A stretch of DNA of 55,373 nucleotides from Octopus bimaculoides (taxonomy: Eukaryota). Positions within the stretch are counted from its first letter, which is position 1. Every line of letters starts with the position of its first letter. The stretch is from assembly GCF_001194135.2 (NCBI RefSeq), contig NC_068983.1:67538300-67593672 (forward strand), given 5' to 3'. Both the position numbers and the translations under genes were made by a program. The notes under the pieces were generated by a model. The model was not told the DNA's origin, did no database searches, and saw only the letters and a list, made by a program, of their open reading frames with translations. Below, in pieces: positions 25,672 through 38,521 of the stretch.

Positions 25672-25733
25672 NNNNNNNNNNNNNNNNNNNNNNNNNNNNN
25701 NNNNNNNNNNNNNNNNNNNNNNNNNNNNNNNNN

Positions 25734-25885
25734 GAAAGCTATATGGTCAGAAGTTTGCTTCCCAACCACGTGATTCTGGGTTTAATTCCACTACGTGACA
25801 TCTTGGAATAATACCTTCAACTATAGTCCGGGGCCGACCAAGCCCTGTGGTTGGATTTGGTAGACAAAAACTTAGAGGGTTGCTG

Positions 25886-25941
<56 letters not shown>

Positions 25942-26195
25942 ACGTAAGTGAGTGTATATGTATATGTAAGTATGTACGTATTCATATGTGCGTGTTTATG
26001 TTTGTCCCACCACCACCGCTTGACAACTGATGTCTATTTGTTTACATTCCCATTAACTTAGTGATTCGATAAAATGACCGATGTAATAAGTATAAGGCTT
26101 AAAAAAAAGACAAGTACTGGGGTCAACGTTTCTGATTAATTCCTTCAAGGCGGTGCCTTAGCATCCCCGCAGTTTAAGGACCAAAGCAAGTAAAT
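25734..26195 (+). mobile_element. SINE family B, diverged
   Basis: Head, core, internal (TG)n and tail are recognisable. Confidence 0.8.
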
Positions 26196-26376
26196 GAATA
26201 TCTGAATATCATGTAAGAATCTTGGAGTAACAATTATTAAAGTAATTCGCGCGCGTACGCGTGTGCGTGAATGTATTACATATAGTTATATACATATATA
26301 CATATATACACATGCAAACAAATTATATATATATATGAAAATATATATATATGAGGATATATATAAATATATGAGA

Positions 26377-26465
<89 letters not shown>

Positions 26466-27679
26466 TGTATGTATATACATATATACATATATACGCACAT
26501 ACACACAGAGAAAGAGTGTGTAAGGGAGAGAAGGGCTAATAGCAAAGAAGAAATAGAGAATGAAACTGAGAGCGAGAACGAGAGAACAATACATAAATAC
26601 ATACACATATGTACACACATGTGCGCGCGCATACACACCCTCACACACACGCAAACACTCACACACATACCTTGGCATAATAATTCATAGTCACAGCTTA
26701 GAACTAATCTGTAACGACATTCAGGATGTTTATAGCTTCCGGGGTCAGAGAGAAAGAAATTTTTTCTTCTTTCCCCCGTTTGACATGTGGTAAACACATG
26801 TAAATTAAATATGTAAGAATGTAAATATGAAACAGTATGTAAATTATGTATGTATATATATATATATATNNNNNNNNNNNNNNNNNNNNNNNNNNNNNNN
26901 NNNNNNNNNNNNNNNNNNNNNNNNNNNNNNNNNNNNNNNNNNNNNNNNNNNNNNNNNNNNNNNNNNNNNNNNNNNNNNNNNNNNNNNNNNNNNNNNNNNN
27001 ATATATATAAATATACATATATATCTATATAGATATAGACATGTACATATATCAATGAATATACTGAAATGTAGAAAACGGATAAATATATTAAATATGT
27101 AAATAGATGTTAATAAATGCTGTTACTCCTCTTACCAGGACTTGTGGAAGAAGTATGAAGAAATCCGAATAGATTCTTCCGTTGTCCAGAATGTCCTTGC
27201 GAAAAAAAGAACGTAACCGGCGTGACTGAGATAATAACAAAAAAGAAAAAAAAAACGAAAAAAAAAAAAAAAGCAATAGCGAGCATAACAACTTTTAGAA
27301 CTATAACAACAACAGAAACAACAACATAAAGTTGATCTAACCCGAAGAAAATGTAACAAGAATTTAAAAACAAAAGTAAAACGTAAAAAAGTAACAAATG
27401 AACAGAAAAAAAAACCTCATCACTCTAGGTTGGCTTAATTGTGCGCAAATGAGATAGATTAGATAGATTCAGCTAGAAGCCAAATCTGGATTCGTACTTA
27501 TAAAACAAGCTTAATCCAAGTCAGCTGTCTAATCTGACCAGACTATCATGCGTGTGTGTGTGTGTGTGTGTGTGTACGTACGCACACACACAGATATGCT
27601 TATGTATGTATATATGTATGTATGAATGTATGTGTTACCACTGAAAGAGTCGATCAATCTCTGCAACATCACCACCACT

Positions 27680-27737
27680 ATGGCGTCTAGTGGCACCTGG
27701 CTAGTTGCAGTGTCTGACATTTTAAGTTTTGTTTTCC
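27680..27737 (+). CDS. Candidate first coding exon (MASSGTWLVAVSDILSFVF, phase 1); unconfirmed
   Basis: ACCACTATGG start context, 19 mostly hydrophobic codons, then a consensus GTAAGT donor at 27738. No homology recognised. Confidence 0.22.
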
Positions 27738-27999
27738 GTAAGTCTTAAGTGAAACACAGACAACTTAAAGCGAAGATACTATCTCTGACGCCGCTTGTTT
27801 AAGTCGTTCACAAATGTTTTTTATCTATTTATTCATTGATATATATATATATATATTTTTGTTCAATAATTCGAGGGTGGATCAGCTCAATGTTCTTGTT
27901 CTCTACTCACCACTCTCTCATATACATTCATACCTCCACATTTTCATATATCGATACATGGATAAGTGTGTGTATGTGCGTGTGTGAATATACATGTGT

Positions 28000-28957
28000 N
28001 NNNNNNNNNNNNNNNNNNNNNNNNNNNNNNNNNNNNNNNNNNNNNNNNNNNNNNNNNNNNNNNNNNNNNNNNNNNNNNNNNNNNNNNNNNNNNNNNNNNN
28101 NNNNNNNNNNNNNNNNNNNNNNNNNNNNNNNNNNNNNNNNNNNNNNNNNNNNNNNNNNNNNNNNNNNNNNNNNNNNNNNNNNNNNNNNNNNNNNNNNNNN
28201 NNNNNNNNNNNNNNNNNNNNNNNNNNNNNNNNNNNNNNNNNNNNNNNNNNNNNNNNNNNNNNNNNNNNNNNNNNNNNNNNNNNNNNNNNNNNNNNNNNNN
28301 NNNNNNNNNNNNNNNNNNNNNNNNNNNNNNNNNNNNNNNNNNNNNNNNNNNNNNNNNNNNNNNNNNNNNNNNNNNNNNNNNNNNNNNNNNNNNNNNNNNN
28401 NNNNNNNNNNNNNNNNNNNNNNNNNNNNNNNNNNNNNNNNNNNNNNNNNNNNNNNNNNNNNNNNNNNNNNNNNNNNNNNNNNNNNNNNNNNNNNNNNNNN
28501 NNNNNNNNNNNNNNNNNNNNNNNNNNNNNNNNNNNNNNNNNNNNNNNNNNNNNNNNNNNNNNNNNNNNNNNNNNNNNNNNNNNNNNNNNNNNNNNNNNNN
28601 NNNNNNNNNNNNNNNNNNNNNNNNNNNNNNNNNNNNNNNNNNNNNNNNNNNNNNNNNNNNNNNNNNNNNNNNNNNNNNNNNNNNNNNNNNNNNNNNNNNN
28701 NNNNNNNNNNNNNNNNNNNNNNNNNNNNNNNNNNNNNNNNNNNNNNNNNNNNNNNNNNNNNNNNNNNNNNNNNNNNNNNNNNNNNNNNNNNNNNNNNNNN
28801 NNNNNNNNNNNNNNNNNNNNNNNNNNNNNNNNNNNNNNNNNNNNNNNNNNNNNNNNNNNNNNNNNNNNNNNNNNNNNNNNNNNNNNNNNNNNNNNNNNNN
28901 NNNNNNNNNNNNNNNNNNNNNNNNNNNNNNNNNNNNNNNNNNNNNNNNNNNNNNNNN
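28000..28957. other. Largest assembly gap (N run); other gaps include 4583-5027 and those near 16.1, 18.3, 19.4, 26.9, 33.9 and 47.7 kb
   Basis: N runs, nearly all bordered by microsatellites. Confidence 0.99.
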
Positions 28958-29051
28958 ACCAAGGGATTTGTGCGTCTTTCAATTTGTACACACACACACA
29001 TATTAGAAAGAGAATGACAGGGAATAGATATATAGATTTATGCGTGCATGT

Positions 29052-29082
<31 letters not shown>

Positions 29083-31769
29083 TTGTGGGTATGTTTTAGT
29101 CTCTTAGTCAACAGAGGACGAACAGTACCAATGACCTATTTTCTGTGCTTCTGTTGTCTGATAACTGGCGGGAAGTGGCTCGAATGCTAGCAATAGGATT
29201 GGCTCCGCTGAAGGTATCCTTAGGCATGGGGATGGTGCGAAACAGGGTGGTAGATCATGTTTATCGCTCAAGACAGGCCAAATTTCATATACGTGTCTCG
29301 AGTCGATCCATGGCTGTAGTAGAAGACTCTCGACAAAATACTGCACTGTAGGATTGATTCCGAAACCCCCATGACCCTGTCTACGATGTAAAATATACTT
29401 ACGTATATCTGTGCGTGTGTGATGCTCATTAAATTCTTGTCGATCGCGATAAAATGGAGTAAAGAATCCCGTCAGTTGCGCTCAATTTGTGATTCTCCCA
29501 AAGGGAGACCTTATTGCTCTTGAGCAGCTCTAATGCTAAAGCTAATATTAAAGATTAAACTAAGCTTAAAGGTGTATGTGGAGTGATTTATTTCAATGAT
29601 TAAACGCTGAGAAATTAGGACCCTCAAATCAACGGGGGGGGGGGGTTAAATCAGATGCCAGCTTCTATAAATTGCATGGGTAAATGAAACTGTGTTCCCT
29701 ACACACACACACACACACACACAGACACACACACACACACAGACACACACACACACACACCATATTAGCTGCTTCAAATAACGAGTTGGTTTAGCCTGAT
29801 AATATATAGTAGTGTTACAAGCGTTTGGTATATGAATGGACCAGGAACGAAAGAAAGAATTAATTGGTCACTCTGCATACCAAAGGAAAATATAACTAAG
29901 AGAGTAAAAAATATTTTCGAAATGCTCTCCATGCGTGATATAAATTTGGGTCGTTTAAACATTTGTCGGAAGCTATATAGTACATGAACTCACATGAACT
30001 TAAAACTGTTCAGTTTATCAAAGCGAGATGTTTAAACACTGGAGATGGACATAGATTTGAACTAGTGCTTTGACTATACCCCCATTGCAATCAAGCAAAG
30101 GAGGCAAAATGGATTCTAAATGAAACATAAAGTTATCTCGCAAGACAGATCTCCAAGATCCTTCCCTTTTTTAGCCGTTATCGAAGCACCTCTTGGTGTT
30201 CAGAATTTCTTGTTCACCAGGGAGCCTCACTTGCCACAAAACTCAAGGAACCATGCTTCCTATTCACATTTAAATCTCTCTTTAGGGTTTAAAGAAATGT
30301 TTTTTTCCCCGCTTCTACCTCCTCCAAATCAAACGCCCCCCAGAGTGATCAGTTGTTTTATATCTACGATTCCTGGGTATTCCTTAGTGATTAGTTCCCT
30401 GCTACTGACGCTCACTAAATGTAATCTCACCAGTCAGATTCTACTGTCCGTTATTATAGGCTGTGCAGCATGATCATAATTGTATTTGTTTGTGTGTCTC
30501 TATCTCGAATGTTTATATATCCTTGTGTTCATGTCTCTGTTTATTCCGCTTGCTTTTCTTCTCTTTTAGGTTTTGACCGATCATTTTATCATTGTTGCGT
30601 CTGCAAGTTTTATTGTTATCATTTATGCCTCTTCTTAACTTATCACGGCCATTCCTTTTTGATTTACTCTCGTCCGCCCTTCTTGCCGCTATTTATGATT
30701 TTTTTTCTCTCTCTCCGCTTTAATTCAAACACATTTCTCTATTCTCTGTTTTCATCCACTTTTTTGTTGTTATTTCTTTCTCGGATTGCAACCTTCCAAT
30801 GACTAGGTCATTCACTACTCGCTTTTCGATGCGTATTTACGACGATGAAATATTACGGCTTTCATTGTTTTCTTGGCCGAGAAGGCTCATGGAAGGTGCG
30901 GTATAGGTATATACACTAGTAACCTATGGACTGCGGCCTTCACTGAAGGTATCTGGTAAGTGGAATCTTGGTCAAGCCATCGCTACTGGTCAGTGTTTTC
31001 ATCATTGTGAGAGCCTATGATAGGGAAGCATTACATCTTAAAACGAAAGAGAAGGAACGCAGAGAAAGTAGTCATATACGATATTTGACAGACTCCGTAT
31101 ATATGAAAAATAAAATGAGATGACTGAAACACCTCAACTATGCCATCGGTACAGTTAAGAGTTGTTTCATTGAAACAAAAATAAATAAATAAAATTGTAA
31201 ACTAAAATTTCCCTCTTAGTTGGAGAGAGAAAACATGTCTATTAGACCTCATCATCATAGAGGAGATAACGCTAGCTTACCTGTTCAGTTCTGAATGATT
31301 TTTACACTTAGAAAAATATTTACGAATAATTTCGGCCAATATATAATTCGCAGCAATTAAAAGCCAAACATAATCTGAGAGAAATAACAGAAGTTATACT
31401 AATCAAAAGATATTTGTAACTCTATATCTTAAAAATCTTTATCAATTGATCAGGAAGGCTTGTATAGACTATACTATGTTGACGATGTATAACAGATCAA
31501 AATATGTCTATAATTATTCCTTGCCTGCAGACAAAGATCACACTACTCCTTCATGAATTAAGTGTAAGATTGAAATTATTGATATATTAAAATTATCTCC
31601 CCTTTTCTTTCAGTGTTGCTAACAATCACCACAAGGCTCTTATCTTTCCCCAAATTTCTAATTCAGTATATCGTATATGTAGTTTCAGTTTCAATCCCAC
31701 TGCAGGCACCTTGTGCAAATGTCTTATACTGTAGATCTTGTTCGACCACATGCCTTATAACTCTTTTCC

Positions 31770-31961
31770 GCATCATATAGACTTATATGATTGGTTTCCC
31801 GGTTTCAGTGGCAGGAATACTTATTTGTGCCAGCTGAGTGGATAAGAGAAACGGGAAATGAAACGTTTTGCTCAAGAACACAATGCATCATCCGTTCTAG
31901 GAACCGAAACCACAATCTTACGTTCGTGAGTCCGACACCCTAACAACTAAGCCATGCACCT
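31770..31961 (-). mobile_element. Degenerate SINE family A
   Basis: TTTTGCTCAAGAACACAATGC..GAAACCACAATCTTACG..GAGTCCGACACCCTAAC..AAGCCATGC parallels 240-342. Confidence 0.65.
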
Positions 31962-32024
31962 ACATACACACATGCGTGTGCGTATATATGTGTTTGTGTT
32001 TATCTTCGTGCTTGTGTTTGTACT

Positions 32025-32200
32025 TCAACGCCACCAAACAACCAGCGTTAGTGTGTTTATGTCTCCGCAACTTAACGGTTCAGTAAAAAAGGATGATAGA
32101 ATAAGTATAGCGTTAAACATTGGTACAAGGGTCGATTTGTCCGACTAAGCCCTTTAAGACGGTACCCCAGCATAGCTGCAGTCCAATGACTGAAACAAGC
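32025..32200 (+). mobile_element. Degenerate SINE family B 3' part
   Basis: GTGTGTTTATGTCTCCGCAACTTAACGGTTC..GCAGTCCAATGACTGAAACAAG. Confidence 0.7.
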
Positions 32201-33529
32201 AGAAGATTATATATATATATATACATATATAAGTCTAATTGCAACACCGAGAAGAATGCAAATACATTTCTTTCAAGTTTTCGGTGTGCAAAAAAAAAAA
32301 AAAAAAAAAAAAAAAGGAAGCGGAGTGTTCTGACGTACAATTTCATGGATTTTTGAGAAGGCGATACTCAAAGAAACCGTACCCCGTGTGCTTCTGCAAT
32401 GAATATATTTATCTGTTACATAAAGCAGTCATAAATTAGTTTATCATCTTAGTGGATAGCTTAATTTGCGCGTTTATGCTTTCGATGGCTTGCCATTAAT
32501 TAAAGAATATATAATTTATGCGCAAAGCAACATAAACCGGAAGGGCTGATATAAATCAAACGCAGAGAAGCGGTGCCTTTATAATCTTATGCTTCTGGTA
32601 GCTGGGCTTTCCAATATTTAAATTCAGTTAAGTTCTGTTTGCAGGAACATCCCGAAAGAACGGTCAAATTTCCCTCAAGTTACACCTCAACACCTTCCGC
32701 ACTCACGACCATCGGCACTTACGACCATAAAAAAAAAATAATAAAAGGATAAGTATATAAATCGATTATCCGACGTTGGGCAGTTGCACGTACGATAACT
32801 ATCCCAGCAACAGGCATCGCAGGCCTCCCTCAGACCCAGGCATCCACTGCCTGCCACTGTTTCTCACTCAGTTGCTTTCAAGCATAAGTTGCATGAATGA
32901 AAATAGTGTTGAAAAATATAAATCCGACATACAACCAGATCGACTTACGACCTGTCAGTCGGAACTGAACTCGTTCGTAAGTCGAGGAGAAGGTGTATTG
33001 GACAATCTGGTTATAGATATGCAATGTGGGAAAATATCGGAATGGTCAGAGCTGTAACACGTTTATGATCATATCTCAACTCAGGGTTGACCTAGGGCTA
33101 GAAAAAAACAACAAAGTGGTTATTTCTTTCCAATGACGACTGGCGGGATCAACTTTTTTCCCTTTCAAGCAGACCTTTGGTCGCAGACATTTTTGTCTAC
33201 CGTGATTTGTTTTTCATTAAGAAGGCTTTTGAAACTAATCCGTTTATCCTCACTTATATGAGCAGGATTATTTCTAGAATGATCGTATGGAGAGATGACT
33301 ATGTTGTTAGAAAGACGGCTATAACTATAAGATTAGACAATTAAAAGATCATTTGGCAGTACAATCTTCGAGGTAACCATTAAGTTAATCTACCGATTAA
33401 CTGCGAAAAGATAATTACTTTGTATATAGTCACTATTTTGAACATCAGAATGACGCTCTTGCTACAAAAATAAAATCAAACTCTAAAGTGAATATTTTCA
33501 TTTCCCCTTCCTTTCTCTTACTGAACACA

Positions 33530-33564
<35 letters not shown>

Positions 33565-33659
33565 ATACACACACACACATACACTCGCACGCATGCAAAC
33601 GCACACACATATACACACACACGCGTGCAAGCACATACACAAGAGGCAAACACACACTA

Positions 33660-33693
<34 letters not shown>

Positions 33694-34368
33694 TTACATG
33701 CATATGTATGTGTAGATACATATGCATGTATATTGATTGTGTAAAGAACGAACATGATTCAAACCGTATTCAAATTTTCGGCTTTGGTTCAATACAAATC
33801 CTTATACAGAAAATAGATTCTGAAGACTAACTGGAGAAGTACTACAATGTGTTTATTTCAAAATCAACACACAACCACATTCTCATTTACTTTCTGCTTC
33901 CACCCCTACCTCTCTCGCTCTTTTGCTCTCTCTCCCTGNNNNNNNNNNNNNNNNNNNNNNNNNNNNNNNNNNNNNNNNNNNNNNNNNNNNNNNNNNNNNN
34001 NNNNNNNNNNNNNNNNNNNNNNNNNNNNNNNNNNNNNNNNNNNNNNNNNNNNNNNNNNNNNNNNNNNNNNNNNNNNNNNNNNNNNNNNNNNNNNNNNNNN
34101 NNNNNNNNNNNNNNNNNNNNNNNNNNNNNNNNNNNNNNNNNNNNNNNNNNNNNNNNNNNNNNNNNNNNNNNNNNNNNNNNNNNTATATATATATATATAT
34201 ATATTGTACGTGTGTGTGTATATATGCGTGTACACATACTTATATATTGTAAGTTTATCTAGACAGATATTTTTTATAGAATTTAGATTCAGCTCTGCCA
34301 GTTACGAAGTTTCGTATACGAATACGCCTATGTAAACTATGCAACCGAAGATAAGAAAATTACGTTAT

Positions 34369-34415
34369 TGGAGTATATCCATATTTCGGGAGTTATTGCT
34401 CCTTCTTCAGCACCA
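34369..34415 (-). ncRNA. Minimal type-I hammerhead-ribozyme-like motif with canonical core
   Basis: UGGUG CUGAAGA A-GGAG-CAAUAA-CUCC-C GAAA UAU-GG-AUA UA CUCCA: intact CUGANGA and GAAA, 4-bp stem II, 4-bp stem III, AUA triplet, stem I 4/5 paired. Confidence 0.65.
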
Positions 34416-34603
34416 CATTAAAAAATACATTGCTTAAATAACCACTAAGTTTAGCGGTGTGACACAAAAATGGATAGATCAATTCACACATTCAATACAT
34501 TCCCGGAAACTGGTAATTACGTATTAATTGCTGGTAAGAACATCGCATTTCGTTTTGCAACCATAATATACGACCAAGTATATTAAAGTTTATAATTCAA
34601 TAG

Positions 34604-34839
34604 TGTGTCCTACTTTGTGTTAGCAGTGCGTTGTTTTCACTATTTAATTGTAACTCTACAAATTTTCTTTAGAATTTAGAGCCAGCATATTAAATTACAT
34701 ATCAAACATATTCTTGACAATTGGTACGAGCATATACGAAACATAACTTTTAGTGCTGTCTCTAAATTCTACAGAAAGTCTATAGGGATACACGTAAAAA
34801 AAGTGAAAACAACGCACTGCAAACACAAACTAGGACACA
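34604..34839. mobile_element. MITE-like fold-back element
   Basis: TGTGTCCTACTTTGTGTTAGCAGTGCGTTGTTTTCACT versus AGTGAAAACAACGCACTGCAAACACAAACTAGGACACA (2 mismatches), plus an inner arm pair TTTAGAATTTAGAGCCAGCA / TGCTGTCTCTAAATTCTACA. Confidence 0.8.
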
Positions 34840-35028
34840 GTGTTGACATATAAACATTCAGTATACTTGATAATATATTATGATTACATTTCTCAACGAA
34901 TCTTTACCAAATTTCCAAAACGTATCGAGCTTATTGCTCAATGAATTGTTGCCATGAAAACAACGGCTAATAAATGTCATTGTACATGAACAGTCAATAA
35001 TGACATTTACCATTATATATAAACAGTC

Positions 35029-35243
35029 TTAAGCGGCAAACTGGTAAAGCTGTTAGCATGCTGGATAAAATGCTTAGCGGCATTTTGTCTGTCTTTATAT
35101 TCTGAGTTCAAATTCAGGTGAGGTCGATTTTGTTTTTCATCCTTTCGGGGTCGATAATATAAATGCTAATCAAGTACTGCGGTCAATGTAATCCACTAAC
35201 TCCTCCCCAAAATTTCAGGCCTTGTACCTTCTATTGAAAGGAT
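35029..35243 (+). mobile_element. SINE family C, full length
   Basis: Homologous to 6101-6321; tail runs into (TTC)n(TTA)n. Confidence 0.85.
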
Positions 35244-35262
35244 TCTTCTTCTTCTTCTTCTT

Positions 35263-35363
<101 letters not shown>

Positions 35364-35700
35364 GATATTTTTGTTTGACTTTTGCTTTGTATTTGTACAA
35401 GTTGACTCCAAGTCTCACCCAGAGACCTCAAAAGACAACAAGTTAGAAGTTCAAGTCGGTGTTATCCCTAAGGTGTCATATATTTGGTTTTGCAAAACAT
35501 AAGAACATTATAAGTTTGTTTTAAAATTTCAGATTACATAGACAGTATATTACGTAGGATATGGGCAGTTCCCATAAGCACTATCTTTTGAATTTCTGCC
35601 ATTTTGAGGTTTTCCAGTATCTGAGCTAGATAGGAATCAGCCCTTTTTACTATCATTCCTAGGGTACCTAGGGTTGGTAGTTAGAGTCTATGTCATGCCA
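35364..35700 (-). mobile_element. R4/Dong LINE 3' end (ORF C-terminus, 3' UTR, (TAA)n tail)
   Basis: Minus-strand LGTLGMIVKRADSYLAQILENLKMAEIQKIVLMGTAHILRNILSM* (35534-35674), the GxLG...GTAxILR end of R4/Dong ORFs. Ends in (TAA)n, the known Dong target. Confidence 0.8.
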
Positions 35701-37369
35701 GTTATTTTGTGATAAATTAATGATTTTATGTACGGTGTATGAACATCGCCTTTAGGATTTTCAGATGACAGTATACATTACTGGTGTCTTGATGGTCTGA
35801 AACTATACTGAATCAAATATTTTGCTTAGAAAGAAACAAAGCAAAATGCTTCCTGTATGTTTTATTACATGATATATGAGCATGAAGTAAAATATGTCAT
35901 CGACTTCATTTTTGCTTCACTTATAGTGGGTATAATCACTCAAAGTAACTTACAGATATCTATTTTTCCCATTTCTAAGGGATAAAAATAAAACTCAAGT
36001 TTAATGGTAAGAAGGGAGTAATGAATGCAACTCGTTAGATTCGTTACTCTTTGCTTCTGCGAAATCACAGCTCTATTACTATTAACTTCATTTGCTTTAT
36101 TTTTTCATTGTTTTTCTACAACCACGCGAAGGCCTGGGTCGGAATGGTTGACAAACTAAAGAGCATTTGAAATAAAATTCATCTGCAAAGCTAATATCAT
36201 ATTCTGGTATTACATTACCATATATTATACTCACCCAAAGTCACTTTCATCCGTTCTTTATATCATATACTGCTATACTTATAAGAACTACTCTCCACAC
36301 GCTCTTCGCCCTCACTACACACAATCAACAAGTCATTCTGCATTTACTCAAAACAAGTACAAATTTCACCATTGATACTGATTGAACTTTCAAATATTAT
36401 TTGTTTCAAAAATAAGCATTAGGTTATAGATGGAAGCCAAAACCTGATGATGGCAGTAAAAGCATAATTAGAGGAATAAGTAAATAATTAAATAATTTTA
36501 AAGAGCAACAACAATTACAGCAACATAAATATCTGCAGAAGAAATGATTAGAACAAAATGCTAAAAATTAAGTAATAATGAGACGCGCAAGAAGAAAGTA
36601 AAATCGTGGCATGGGAAATCAAATCAAAACGAAACTAGAAAAAAAAAATCATTTAAATAACAAGAATCACAGAAGAAAAGATGGTTACCAGGGTGATGTG
36701 AAATGATGCTGCTATTGCTAAATTAGTTGTTAGTAGCAAGTGATTTTAGACTTACCAAGATTGAAACTATCAAATACTGTTGTCTTAGTCTTTACTTGGA
36801 AGCGTCTGACTGAAATGTTGGTATGAACTGTAAACTGGTGTGATAGGTCTTATATAAAAGATCCAGAGAGTCGTAAATATTGCTTGTTTATCAAGAATCT
36901 CTACAAGTCTGTCAAATATCCGACATGTACTCCTACGCTACTCATGTTCATCATCATCTTTCAAGAAATAGATCATCCTTCAAGCAAATTATCTTTCCGC
37001 CCTGTCATCAAAACCCTGATATTTTATCAACTTTTTTTTTCATTTATCTTCTTCTAGACTTAAGGTAATCACAATGACGAAACCATTGAAATGACACCGG
37101 AGAAAAAATCTCGTGGTGAAAATCAAAGCATGGTTTATACACTTCAACATATGTATTGTTTATATTGTTTACGCCATAATCTCAGTTTTACTGCAAAGTT
37201 TATATGTTCAAGTTAAATTAATAGCATAAAGAGCTTCAATCTTCATTTCTTCGCTACACATTAATTTCTTTTTACTTTTTCGCAAGTGTTTCAACACAAA
37301 CAAATGTAATGAAACACAAGAAATAAAAAAGGCTTCTATTATGTAGTTATAAATTGTTTTTTCTTGTTT

Positions 37370-38150
37370 AATCCTAGATCAGACCTAGCGAGCTGACTTA
37401 CGATCGAAGATATTCAAGTCATGATTAGACAGGCTTACTCTTATTTTGTTTACTCCGATATAATGGATCACTTATCGAATATGTCATTCCATTTTTTAAG
37501 ACAGGAAGATGTGATTTGAGGGATACTTACTTGCTAGTTCCTACAAGTCGAGCGACCGTGTAGAGGATCCTTATACTTGCTATTACTTCGCCCTGGATCA
37601 GCTGTGACCAACATTAAAACATGTTCCAGTCGTGACCACATTGTCCTTTCCCCTAAATTTTCACATTTAGTATATATTGTAACTCATTATTCAATGTTTA
37701 ATTTTTGAAGTCGGTATGATGTGATTTGATAGAGATTTGGCTGCTATTTCTGGAAGGTTATGGCTCTCTGAGATCTTAAGTAGTAGTGTATATTCTGCAT
37801 AGTGTATATAGTGTATATTCTGCATAGTTCTAGCATTATTGATGAACTGTGACAGAATCTAAAACGAAGTATTTGCAAACGTTCACAGCCACAAATACCT
37901 TATCTATCACATATAGAAGTCTAATATTTCTGTAAGAGTTTGTTTCTTCATGTTACTGTTGCTCAGCACTAAGTCAGCCTTGACAGAGAAATCTATGATC
38001 ACCGAAATTCCTGCATTGACTGTCCCAAATTTCCTTTACACATATGTAAGTCGATGGCTACATTATCTACCTATCCTCCCATTTTAAGACGGTAGAGTAT
38101 GATTTAAAGAAAGGTCGGCTGTTTTTCGAAGCCCGAGTAACTACATAGAG
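37370..38150 (+). repeat. Three degenerate tandem copies of a recurrent interspersed repeat (..TTTAAGACGGTAG.GT.TGATTTGAGGGAGATTTGGCTGCTATTTCT..)
   Basis: The same motif recurs near 2300, 2790, 6990, 17880 (+) and 20840, 55260 (-). Class unknown. Confidence 0.6.
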
Positions 38151-38248
38151 ATTCCTTCATTATCTCATATAGTTGTATGATACTTACACTTATCTTGTAT
38201 AATTGCATGACACACAGCATTGTTGCGTAACGGGTGGGCCGAGGGAAC

Positions 38249-38521
38249 CATCTCGTTCATTGCGCGCCCTCCTCCCCGATAGTTCGAAGGCTTGTACTAC
38301 GAGACCGGTAGTTGGCTCTGGTTGATGGAGCTGAAACTCACATGACTCTGTTGGAAGGCCTAAAGAGGGTGTGAGCCAAAGCAATGCGCCCTTCTCCTCC
38401 ATTGGTCAGTAGACTGCGCCATCTAACAGTCGACGCGGGCTGTTGAAGCTTAGATTGTGTCACGGGACAGCTGGCGCTGGCTGCTGGAGTGGGTTTAAAG
38501 GGAAACTTGACAGGGTGGTTA
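38249..38521 (+). repeat. About 270-bp direct repeat, 5' copy (homologous to 41017-41279)
   Basis: CGTTCATTGCGCGCC..TCCCCGATA.TTCGAAGGCTTGTAC..CTCTGTTGGAAGGC..CTTCTCCTCCATTGGT.AGTAGACTG..TTTAAAGGG..CAGGGTGGTTA are shared in order; roughly 80% similar by eye. Confidence 0.9.

Noticed and set aside
38190-38402. Paired antisense ORFs sharing GLVVQAFELSG (also 40913-41185)
   Set aside because: The similarity follows from the DNA direct repeat, the flanking parts are out of frame with each other, and there is no sign of coding constraint.
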